Made by a program: the position numbers and the translations under genes
Notes under the pieces: generated by a model
What the model was told of the DNA's origin: nothing
What the model saw: the letters and a program-made list of their open reading frames with translations, nothing else
The model's database searches: none
Source of the DNA: Candidatus Shapirobacteria bacterium CG06_land_8_20_14_3_00_40_12
GTDB taxonomy: Bacteria; Patescibacteriota; Microgenomatia; UBA12405
Direction of reading: 5' to 3'
NCBI GenBank assembly: GCA_002780135.1
Contig: PEWA01000052.1
Span: 1 to 31,780 of the forward strand
DNA length: 31,780 bases
In this document: piece after piece, positions 1 to 7,167 of the stretch
How positions within the stretch are numbered: the stretch's first letter is position 1
Layout of the letters: each line of letters starts with the position of its first letter

Positions 1-3
1 GAT

Positions 4-1137
4 TTATTGGTTTTTGCGCAAAAAGGCGGGGATGTCGAACTCATCATCAATATCGACTCCTTCGGGAATGGTTTGGTCCTTTAAAAGATTTTGAAATTCT
101 ACCGATAAAGGTTTGGCTTTTTCTTCTAAAAGATCAGGCACAATAGTGGTTTTTTTATAGCTTTGGTAAGATGATTTAGACGAATCAAAACCAGTAGCAA
201 TGACGGAAATTTTGATTTTACCGGCTAGATTTTCGTCAATCGAGGCGCCAAAAATAATATTAGCATCAGGGGCAACATGGGAGGTGATAGCTTTGGCAGC
301 TTCCTCGATTTCAGCCATGGTGATATCTGGACCACCAGTGATATTAATTAAAGCGCCGCGGGCGCCATCAATATTAACTTCGATTAGAGGGGAAGAAATT
401 GCATCTTCGACGGCTTTCATGGCTCTGCCTTCCCCTTCTGCCTCCCCCACCCCCATGAGAGCTGAGCCGGCATTGCTCATAACTGATTTTATATCGGCAA
501 AATCAAGATTAATTAGTCCCGGAACAGTAATTAAGTCAGCGATAGCTTTGGTGCCTTTATTTAAAACCGAATCAGCAATTCTGAAAGCTTCAAGGAGGGT
601 GGCTTGAGTATTGACCACCTCCAATACTTTTTGGTTGGGAATAACAATAAGTGTGTCAACAAAGAGCCGAAGACGGGCAATGCCTTCTTCAGCCCGACTC
701 ATCCGACGGGTACCCTCAAAAAGGAAGGGTTTGGTAACTACAGCTATAGTTAAGATTCCAAGTTCCTTTTTGGCAATTTCAGCAATGACAGGAGCAGCGC
801 CGGTGCAGGTGCCTCCACCCATACCGCCAGTAATAAAAAGCATATCAGTGTCTTCAATGACCTCCTTAATCCTTTCACGAGACTCTTCGGCGGCTTGTTG
901 ACCGATTTGGGGATCGCCACCGGCACCAAGACCTTTGGTTAATTTTTCACCAATTTGAATTTTAATGGGGGCCTTGGAATTGAGAAGAGCTTGAGAATCG
1001 GTATTGACAGAAATAAAATCGACACCCTTGATATTATCTTCAGTAATCATTGAATTAATGGCGTTATTACCACCTCCGCCAATTCCTAGGACTTTTATTT
1101 TGGCAAATTGACCGGTTAGTGTTTTTACTAAACCCAT
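4..1137 (-). CDS. ftsZ: Cell division GTPase FtsZ
   Basis: KIKVLGIGGGGNNA N-terminus, VNTDSQAL, GLGAGGDP, signature loop GGMGGGTCTG (variant), T7 loop NLDFAD, C-terminal DIPAFLR peptide; directly downstream of ftsA. Confidence 0.97.
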   Translation of the reverse strand: MGLVKTLTGQFAKIKVLGIGGGGNNAINSMITEDNIKGVDFISVNTDSQALLNSKAPIKIQIGEKLTKGLGAGGDPQIGQQAAEESRERIKEVIEDTDMLFITGGMGGGTCTGAAPVIAEIAKKELGILTIAVVTKPFLFEGTRRMSRAEEGIARLRLFVDTLIVIPNQKVLEVVNTQATLLEAFRIADSVLNKGTKAIADLITVPGLINLDFADIKSVMSNAGSALMGVGEAEGEGRAMKAVEDAISSPLIEVNIDGARGALINITGGPDITMAEIEEAAKAITSHVAPDANIIFGASIDENLAGKIKISVIATGFDSSKSSYQSYKKTTIVPDLLEEKAKPLSVEFQNLLKDQTIPEGVDIDDEFDIPAFLRKNQ

Positions 1138-1140
1138 AGG

Positions 1141-2385
1141 TTAAGGTAAAAGGGGTTCTAAAAATGTCTTAATTTTTTTATAAATTCCCAAGGACGAAAA
1201 ATTTATTTTACGCGAAGAACTTTTAGGAGATAATTTTGAATCAGCGAAAAAGAGGAGGGTGCCGATGGCGCTGCTGAAACTGGGATTGGTAATGTCATCG
1301 ACAATGCCGCCAAGTTTTGGAGGTTCTCCGATTCGAATTGACAATGGAATCAAATCGCTGGCGATTTTTTTTATTTCTAAAGTTTCCGCACCTCCACCAG
1401 TAAGAACTATGCCGGCCGGAATTTGATTTTGAAATCCGTGGGAACAAATTTCGTTCCAAATAAGTCCAATAATTTCGTTTAGGCGGGGTTTAATAATTCC
1501 GTTTAGGGTAGTGGAGAAGGAAATTTTGTTGTGGTCGCCGATTATTCCAAATTGTTCTAAATCGATTTCGTCTTCAAATCCCCTTTTTTCAGAAAAATGA
1601 CTAAGCCGGATTTTAATTTTTTCGGAGTCAGATAGGGGTAGCCGAAGTCCAATGGCTAAATCGGCGGTGATGTTATTGGCCCCGATGGGAATACAAGAGG
1701 AAAACAGGGGCGAATTTTCAGAAAAAAGAGTGATGGTGGTATTGCTGCCGCCGATATCGATTAAAGCTACACCCAATTCAGTTTCAGTGTCGGTGAGACA
1801 GGCCTTGGCGGCAGTAAGGCCTGAGTAGGCCAATGAAATAGTTTTGATACCAATGTCTTCCAAGCATTTATTTAGATTTCTTAGGGCTGGGGTAGAAGCT
1901 AGAATCAAATGGGTTTCAACTTCAAGGCGGACACCGTTCATACCGATAGGATCAATCACTCCTTCTTGGCCGTCGACCGTGAAAACCCGGGGGATGACGT
2001 GAACAATTTCTTTATTGGCTGGAAGAGTGACGGCTTTGGCTGCTTCAACGGCACGGTTAATATCATCATTGCTTATTTCACCGTTTTGGTTGCCAATAGC
2101 GGTGATTCCGTGGGAATTTAAGGATTCAAAATGAGGGGCAGTTAAAGAAACAAAGGCGGAGTTTATTTCTACCCCGGCCATTCTTTCGGCTGATTCGACC
2201 GATTCGGTGATAGTACGGGAGGCAGTTTCCAGATTGATGATCTGACCCTTTTTAAAACCGACTGCTGGAATTGAGGCGGAACCAATGATGTTAATTTTGT
2301 GATCTGATTCGAAATATTGCCCAACGATAGTGGTAATTTTAAAAGTTCCGATGTCGATGGCAGAGATAACTTTAGAATGTTGCAT
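1141..2385 (-). CDS. ftsA: Cell division protein FtsA
   Basis: AIDIGTFKI, ESAERMAG, DPIGMNGVRLEV, IDIGGSNT, GIVLTGGGA, IRIGEP actin-like motifs; adjacent to ftsZ. Confidence 0.95.
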   Translation of the reverse strand: MQHSKVISAIDIGTFKITTIVGQYFESDHKINIIGSASIPAVGFKKGQIINLETASRTITESVESAERMAGVEINSAFVSLTAPHFESLNSHGITAIGNQNGEISNDDINRAVEAAKAVTLPANKEIVHVIPRVFTVDGQEGVIDPIGMNGVRLEVETHLILASTPALRNLNKCLEDIGIKTISLAYSGLTAAKACLTDTETELGVALIDIGGSNTTITLFSENSPLFSSCIPIGANNITADLAIGLRLPLSDSEKIKIRLSHFSEKRGFEDEIDLEQFGIIGDHNKISFSTTLNGIIKPRLNEIIGLIWNEICSHGFQNQIPAGIVLTGGGAETLEIKKIASDLIPLSIRIGEPPKLGGIVDDITNPSFSSAIGTLLFFADSKLSPKSSSRKINFSSLGIYKKIKTFLEPLLP

Positions 2386-2391
2386 GAGTTA

Positions 2392-2397
2392 ATTTTA
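2392..2397 (-). promoter_or_regulatory. Putative -10 hexamer TAAAAT, 6 nt upstream of ftsA ATG (leaderless-type)
   Basis: - strand reads TAAAAT-TAACTC-ATG; same spacing recurs at other genes. Confidence 0.4.
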
Positions 2398-3462
2398 GAT
2401 GGTTTTAATGAGTTTGAGTAGTCTTAGATTTGATTTTGGTTTGAAGACACCGCGATAATATTCTATCCGGATAAGTTTTTCGATGCTGGAAAGGAGTAAT
2501 GGTGGGTTAAGTTTGGATTCTGGAATAACAGTAGTGATATCCGGAAGTTGCGCTTTAACAAAAGCAGCGTTCTTTATCTGCTCGTTCTGTTGGCTAACTT
2601 TTAGGGGTATTAAAATCGATTTAATTTTTAGGACGACAATTTCCTGACAAGTATTGGCCCCGGCACGGCTAATTATTAGAGAAGCGTGGTTTAAAATCCA
2701 ACCAATATCTTGATTGTCGATATAGGCAAGAGGTAAATAATTGGAGGAAGAATGAGATTTAAGTTTTTGGCCGCACTGATGAATAATAAAAAATTTTTTC
2801 GAAAGGAGAGGGAGAGATAATTTTGTTAGATTATTTATAAAAAATGATCCCTGATTGCCGCCAGTAATATATATCAGGGGATAATTTTTAATTTTTAATT
2901 TAAAATTTTTAAACTTTTTTGAATTAGTAGAAAATATTTCCCGACGGAGAAGGTTACCCGTAACAATAAATTTTTTTTTAAAAAATTTTATTGTTATTGG
3001 GAAAGATAGGGCAACCTTGTTGCAAAAGAGACTATTTATTTTAGTGGAGAGACTTAAAGTGAAGGTTTGCTCATGAGTAATGGATTTAACCTTATTAAAA
3101 TAACCAGCCACAATGACGGGAACGGAAACATAGCCACCAAAAGAGACTATAAATTCTGGTTTTAGAGATTTAATTAAATTAAGGGCAGAAAAAAAACCTT
3201 TCAGGATTTCCGGGAGACCTTTTAAGGTGTTAGGGAACCAACGTCGATCAAGTTTGCCACAGTTAATTCCAAAATACTTTATCCCCGCTTTGGGAATTAC
3301 CCTTGACTCGATGGCTGGAGTGGTGTTAACACTGGAGTTATAAATTCGGCCGATATAATATATTTCCCAAAGAATGTCCGGGTCAGATTGGAGTTGACGA
3401 ATAAATTCAATGGCGGGAGTGAGGTGAGTGCCGGTTAAAACGATTTTTTTTGAGATTGGCAT
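2395..3462 (-). CDS. murG: UDP-GlcNAc:lipid I GlcNAc transferase MurG (GT28)
   Basis: LTGTHLTP (degenerate GGTGGH motif), SFGGYVSVP, HEQT, TGN, ITGGNQGS, HQCG, ISRAGANT, ILIPL; follows ftsW. Confidence 0.9.
   Translation of the reverse strand: MPISKKIVLTGTHLTPAIEFIRQLQSDPDILWEIYYIGRIYNSSVNTTPAIESRVIPKAGIKYFGINCGKLDRRWFPNTLKGLPEILKGFFSALNLIKSLKPEFIVSFGGYVSVPVIVAGYFNKVKSITHEQTFTLSLSTKINSLFCNKVALSFPITIKFFKKKFIVTGNLLRREIFSTNSKKFKNFKLKIKNYPLIYITGGNQGSFFINNLTKLSLPLLSKKFFIIHQCGQKLKSHSSSNYLPLAYIDNQDIGWILNHASLIISRAGANTCQEIVVLKIKSILIPLKVSQQNEQIKNAAFVKAQLPDITTVIPESKLNPPLLLSSIEKLIRIEYYRGVFKPKSNLRLLKLIKTI
2882..2912. repeat. Tandem heptamer (AATTTTT)n tract, copy 1
   Basis: t-aattttt-aattttt-aatttaa-aattttt-aa; 30/31 identical to 9524-9554; encodes NFKLKIKN in MurG. 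Confidence 0.7.
2961..2996. repeat. Near-perfect 36-nt inverted repeat inside murG
   Basis: taacaataaa (2961-2970) pairs with tttattgtta (2987-2996); inner T/A runs also pair with one mismatch. Confidence 0.6.
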
Positions 3463-4549
3463 TAGGTGAGTATAACAAGGAGAGGTGTCGTTTTTCTATG
3501 TTTCTGACCAATCCAGCGGCAATAAAAAGAGTTAATAGGGATGAGCCACCGTAGGAAATAAAAGGGAAAGGGATGCCTGTTAGGGGAATTAGGGAGACAA
3601 TGGCGGAAAAATTTATTAGGGCCTGATATGAAAGCCAACAGGCAAATCCGGAAACTAATAGTTTTTCGAAGGGTTTGATGACAACTTTGGCCAACTTAAA
3701 AAGATAAACAACCAGGGATATGAAAAGGAAAATAAGACCACTTAGGCCTATAAATCCGGTTTCTTCTCCAACAATAGCCAAAATTGAGTCGGTACTGATC
3801 TTGGGTAAAAACTTATATTTTTGGTCGGAATTAGCAATTCCTTTTCCAGACCAACCGCCGGAGGCCAGAGAGATGATTATTTGTTGACGGTGATAGTTTT
3901 GGTTGGGATTTTCTTCCTGATTAAGAAGAGTTTTAAATCTGGCCAGTCGATAAGGTGAGAAAATAACCAGACCAATTCCTAAAACAAAAAATATAAGAAA
4001 AGTTAAAAAAAGGGGAAAGTTGGGACCACCTGAAAGATAATAGATAGAAAAAACAATGGCACCGATAAGAATGGCAGTGCTAAGATTAGGCTCAAAAACA
4101 ATTAGGGTAAAGGCAGGAATAAGAAAAAGAAAAAGGTTTTTGAAGGTTGATTGTTTGGGGTCGGCAAAAAGAGCGGAAAAAAATATAACCGAGATGAGTT
4201 TAAATATCTCAGACGGCTGAATATTTATGGGTCCAAGATCAAACCATCGTCTGGCACCAAGAACTTTTACTCCTAAACCAGGAATAAGAACTGCAATTAA
4301 TAATATGATCGAAAAAAGGTAGAAGTAAAATGAATATTTACGGAAAAATTCGAGATTTAAAACCGATGAGATTAGAAATAAAAGAAAGCCGATACCAACC
4401 CATAAGGCTTGTTTACGAAGGAAGAAAAAGGGGTCACCCTGACTGGCCTGGGCTTCGAAAAGCGATGAAACAGAAATAAAAAGTAACCCGATTATTACCA
4501 GTGAAGAAATGTAAAATAGAAGGGGAGAGCCGGGTTTAATCTTGCTCAT
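3407..4549 (-). CDS. ftsW: SEDS peptidoglycan glycosyltransferase FtsW
   Basis: Multi-TM; GARRWFDLG, IQPSEIFK, EPNLST, YRLARF, QIIISLASGGWSGKG, TDSILAIVGEETG, GIPFPFISYGGSSL. Start moved to ATG 4549 (MSKIKP), which overlaps the ATP-grasp stop; dcw position before murG favours FtsW over RodA. Confidence 0.9.
   Translation of the reverse strand: MSKIKPGSPLLFYISSLVIIGLLFISVSSLFEAQASQGDPFFFLRKQALWVGIGFLLFLISSVLNLEFFRKYSFYFYLFSIILLIAVLIPGLGVKVLGARRWFDLGPINIQPSEIFKLISVIFFSALFADPKQSTFKNLFLFLIPAFTLIVFEPNLSTAILIGAIVFSIYYLSGGPNFPLFLTFLIFFVLGIGLVIFSPYRLARFKTLLNQEENPNQNYHRQQIIISLASGGWSGKGIANSDQKYKFLPKISTDSILAIVGEETGFIGLSGLIFLFISLVVYLFKLAKVVIKPFEKLLVSGFACWLSYQALINFSAIVSLIPLTGIPFPFISYGGSSLLTLFIAAGLVRNIEKRHLSLLYSPNANLKKNRFNRHSPHSRH
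3469..3477 (-). promoter_or_regulatory. Putative extended -10 promoter TGTTATACT, 6 nt upstream of murG ATG, inside the ftsW 3' end
   Basis: - strand reads TG-T-TATACT-CACCTA-ATG. Confidence 0.55.
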
Positions 4550-5648
4550 TATGGAGATGTTTAAATATGGATGAATTAATTGATAGTGAAGATAATTGAT
4601 GACAAAAGATTTTAAAGTCATGATACTTTTTGGTGGTGACACAGAGATGGTTTTTTTGAGTAATTTCAGAACCGATTAAATGAGGATTACTGAAGCGATC
4701 TTCATCTGTTAGGTCGTTGATTTTGTCTGGGGCACAAAATTCCAAAAGGTGATAGAAAAAAAGTGGATTAAGATTGTTTTTAGTTTCAATGTCGGTGTAA
4801 AAGGCAAATGATGCAGTCAGGCGGGGATTACATTCCAAAAGGTACGCCTTATTTGAAGAGACCAAAAAGTCCAGTCCGAAAAAACCACGATAATTATAAG
4901 ATTTTAGGATTTTGGCAAAGTCGGAAGTGATTTTTTTAACCTTAGAAATGATTTTTGGAGAAGCTAAGGAGGGCCATTGGCGGCCAACGGTGGAAAAGGG
5001 ATTATCAGTTAAGGAGGGAATGCCGGTGTATTGAAGGGCCGGAGGGCTTTGAAGGAGGCCGCGGGTAGTCAAGCAACAGTTATTAAGCAGGGTGTAACCT
5101 TTTAGATTGGGAGAGATTTTAACCGGTGTGTGGCGGGGAATGATATTAAAAATAGTTTTTAAATCTTTGATCAAGTGAGTGCTGTTGCCGGCCCACCCAT
5201 GATGAGTTTGGATGACAAAAGGAAGGCTAAATTTTTTTGAGGCAACTGAGAGAAGTTTGGGTTCAAGTTGTCCGATGATAAAAGGAACCAAGGGTATGGA
5301 ATGTTTGGCAACGAGGGGAGAGAATTTAATTTTGTCTTCAAAAAGTCGATTAAGCGATGACAGATTACTAACCCTTATCCAGTTGTTTTTTTTACACATA
5401 AGATCGATTTTTGGTAGAGGTTTGAAGGGTATAATAGCCGCCCGATGGCCGGATTTAGTAGTGGTTTTTCGAATAAAATCGAGGGTTTCCGGTTGTGATA
5501 ACAAATAGCCACTATTTTTTACAGAGAGTTGGGGATTAAAAATGGGATAAAAATTAGAAAGACGGGGAAGATTGATATTTAAATACTTATCGACAACCAA
5601 AAAGAAAAAGTCGACTGGCAATTCCGACAAAGTTTTTTCTAAATTCAT
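4536..5648 (-). CDS. ATP-grasp amino-acid/peptide ligase, substrate unknown
   Basis: FEDKIKF, PFVIQTHHGWAGNST (Gly-rich loop), YRGFFGLDFL, YLLECNPRLTAS (E-x-N-x-R). ATGA overlap with upstream PLP gene; 14-nt overlap with ftsW start. Not Ddl-like in overall motif set. Confidence 0.8.
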   Translation of the reverse strand: MNLEKTLSELPVDFFFLVVDKYLNINLPRLSNFYPIFNPQLSVKNSGYLLSQPETLDFIRKTTTKSGHRAAIIPFKPLPKIDLMCKKNNWIRVSNLSSLNRLFEDKIKFSPLVAKHSIPLVPFIIGQLEPKLLSVASKKFSLPFVIQTHHGWAGNSTHLIKDLKTIFNIIPRHTPVKISPNLKGYTLLNNCCLTTRGLLQSPPALQYTGIPSLTDNPFSTVGRQWPSLASPKIISKVKKITSDFAKILKSYNYRGFFGLDFLVSSNKAYLLECNPRLTASFAFYTDIETKNNLNPLFFYHLLEFCAPDKINDLTDEDRFSNPHLIGSEITQKNHLCVTTKKYHDFKIFCHQLSSLSINSSIFKHLHNEQD

Positions 5649-6445
5649 CTTTTGGCTCCGGTCAATAAAATAACCGGGAAAGCACCAAGATTTTGAGTAT
5701 TGGCTATTTTTTGGTAACCGGCCAAAGTCAGGGCGCCCTCAAGGGAAGTTATTATTTGATTTTTATCAAGATAGTTCTGGGCGTTTAAAACGGCCTGATT
5801 CTGAACGACGACTCCCCCACCCCCACTTTGATTAATAGCCAGAAGAACTTGATTTTTCAGGGGTAAATATTTAACACCCAAAGCGTCAGTCAGATTATCG
5901 GTTTCAGGGATGAAATTTTGGTCGAAGGATGAGGCAATGGGGCAGAAACTGGCCGGCTGAACGGCATAGATTTTAACGTTTGAAGGCAGGCCCTGAGAGA
6001 TTCCCAAAAGGGTAGTACCACTGCCAACCGGAATGAATAGACTAGTGATTTCCGACAGCTGTTTTAATAATTCAAAACCGATTTGTTGATAGCCTAAAAG
6101 GGCAATGGGATCAGTAGATTGTCTAAGAAAATAAGCGTGGTTGGTTTTGGAAAATTTAATGGCGTCACTAATCGGTCGAGAGGATACAGTGAACGGATAA
6201 AGAAGTTTTAGTTTGGCTTTGGAGACATGGGGGGAAACAAAGATGTTTAAAGGGATTTTTGAAAGTTGGCAGTAATGTTGGGCAGAAATGGCGGCATTAC
6301 CGGTTGAGGAGATAACCGCGGATTTGAAGTTTTTAGTAATCAAATTTTGAATTTGAAGCGAAATAGCTCTGTCTTTGGCGGAACCGGTGGGATTTTGATC
6401 TTCCCTTTTAAAATAGACTGAATTGTTTTTTAGAAGAGGTGTCAT
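5645..6445 (-). CDS. PLP-dependent fold-type II enzyme (threonine synthase/cysteine synthase/serine racemase-like)
   Basis: KREDQNPTGSAKDR (PLP lysine), SSTGNAAIS, IPVGSGTTL phosphate loop, ILLTG. Short (266 aa); no thrA/thrB in the window. Confidence 0.85.
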   Translation of the reverse strand: MTPLLKNNSVYFKREDQNPTGSAKDRAISLQIQNLITKNFKSAVISSTGNAAISAQHYCQLSKIPLNIFVSPHVSKAKLKLLYPFTVSSRPISDAIKFSKTNHAYFLRQSTDPIALLGYQQIGFELLKQLSEITSLFIPVGSGTTLLGISQGLPSNVKIYAVQPASFCPIASSFDQNFIPETDNLTDALGVKYLPLKNQVLLAINQSGGGGVVVQNQAVLNAQNYLDKNQIITSLEGALTLAGYQKIANTQNLGAFPVILLTGAKR

Positions 6446-6476
6446 ATAATAGACTATTACATTTTAATATATAAAG
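6446..6476. promoter_or_regulatory. 31-bp divergent intergenic region with back-to-back putative -10 elements and a 13-bp palindrome
   Basis: + strand TAATAT (6465-6470) 6 nt before ATG 6477; - strand TAGTCT (6451-6456) 5 nt before ATG 6445; TAATAG-A-CTATTA palindrome 6447-6459. Confidence 0.45.
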
Positions 6477-6632
6477 ATGGAAAAAGTAATTTGTCCTGAT
6501 TGTCAGGTAGAAATAATAAGCAGTAATCCAATGGTGGTTGGAGACATTTTAGAATGTAGTGAATGCGGAACAGAAGTGGAAATTATTTCTTTGACTCCAC
6601 TGAAGTACCAGGTATTGATTGAAGAGAAGTAA
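6477..6632 (+). CDS. LysW-like Cys4 zinc-ribbon small protein (51 aa), not in the ORF track
   Basis: Hand translation: MEKVICPDCQVEIISSNPMVVGDILECSECGTEVEIISLTPLKYQVLIEEK*. CPxC...GxIxxCxxCGxExEIxSLxPL matches the LysW pattern but ends in EEK, not EDWGE. -10-like hexamer 6 nt upstream. Confidence 0.8.
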   Translation: MEKVICPDCQVEIISSNPMVVGDILECSECGTEVEIISLTPLKYQVLIEEK

Positions 6633-7167
6633 GTCGGTAGACACCATCAATTTTAATGTTTGGTTGGGAAAGGAAAAAGGTAGATATTTTAACCCCATGG
6701 CCATCACGGCGACTGTCAACGAAGGTAACAGTATCACCGAGTCGATTAATTATAAAGAGGATATGGCGACCGTTTTTTTGTCGAATGAGATCACCGGTAC
6801 GAATATTGTCGAGCTTAATAGCGGTTGAGAGAGGCGAAGAAGTTAGGTGGTTGGCAGAGGTTTTTCGGGGATCAAGCGAGAGTGAGAAGTAGAAATTCAA
6901 TAACTGACAAGCCAGGCCAGAACAGTCAATACCAATATGATGTTTTTTTTGGAAGTTATAGATTTGGACAGTGGTCAAATTAGGTAATTTAATGTTTTCC
7001 TGATTGGCAATTTCAAGAGTGGTTTGAGCGATGTCGTGGGCGGAACCTTTACCTACCAGAGCATTATTGGTAGAAATGTTTTTATGTATTCCTTGGTTGC
7101 AGAAATAAGGAAGATTTTGATATTTATTAACTTCCTTAATAAGAAGATCTAATTTAGTCCCAGCCAT
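6583..7167 (-). CDS. NlpC/P60-family cysteine peptidase (no obvious signal peptide)
   Basis: GIDCSGL catalytic Cys motif (6917-6928), TGDLI, GRHILFI (His), FVDS (possible Asp). Start set to ATG 7167, which overlaps the mraY stop; the 3' end overlaps the antisense LysW-like gene by 50 nt. Confidence 0.75.
   Translation of the reverse strand: MAGTKLDLLIKEVNKYQNLPYFCNQGIHKNISTNNALVGKGSAHDIAQTTLEIANQENIKLPNLTTVQIYNFQKKHHIGIDCSGLACQLLNFYFSLSLDPRKTSANHLTSSPLSTAIKLDNIRTGDLIRQKNGRHILFIINRLGDTVTFVDSRRDGHGVKISTFFLSQPNIKIDGVYRLTSLQSIPGTSVESKK

Noticed and set aside
200-2121. + strand ORFs 200..607, 611..901, 1909..2121
   Set aside because: Antisense shadows of ftsZ/ftsA with no recognisable motifs. 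The same applies to the other + strand track ORFs throughout the window (e.g. 5212..5508, 9087..9332, 12849..13169, 15176..15547, 16420..16767, 27541..27873, 27914..28255).
3421-3472. 8-mer AGGTGAGT repeated 42 nt apart around the murG start
   Set aside because: Only two short copies, both in coding sequence; could be chance.
4536-5648. Calling the ATP-grasp ddl or rimK/lysX
   Set aside because: Lacks the Ddl (GGxSxE, HG..GEDG) and RimK-type N-terminal motifs.
5645-6445. Calling the PLP enzyme thrC or cysK
   Set aside because: Motifs establish the fold, not the reaction; no supporting pathway genes are in the window.
6445-6450. Perfect TATAAT on + strand as the LysW-like promoter
   Set aside because: 26 nt from the ATG and overlapping the PLP start codon. 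Possible, but TAATAT at 6-nt spacing fits the window-wide pattern better; unresolved without TSS data.
6549-6737. - strand 62-aa ORF that could bridge NlpC/P60 to the PLP gene
   Set aside because: Out-of-frame overlap with NlpC/P60 and antisense to the motif-bearing LysW-like ORF; no features of its own.
6619-6892. + strand ORFs 6619..6828 and 6656..6892 as a possible continuation of a LysW operon
   Set aside because: Antisense to NlpC/P60 with no LysX/Y/Z-like motifs; too short.
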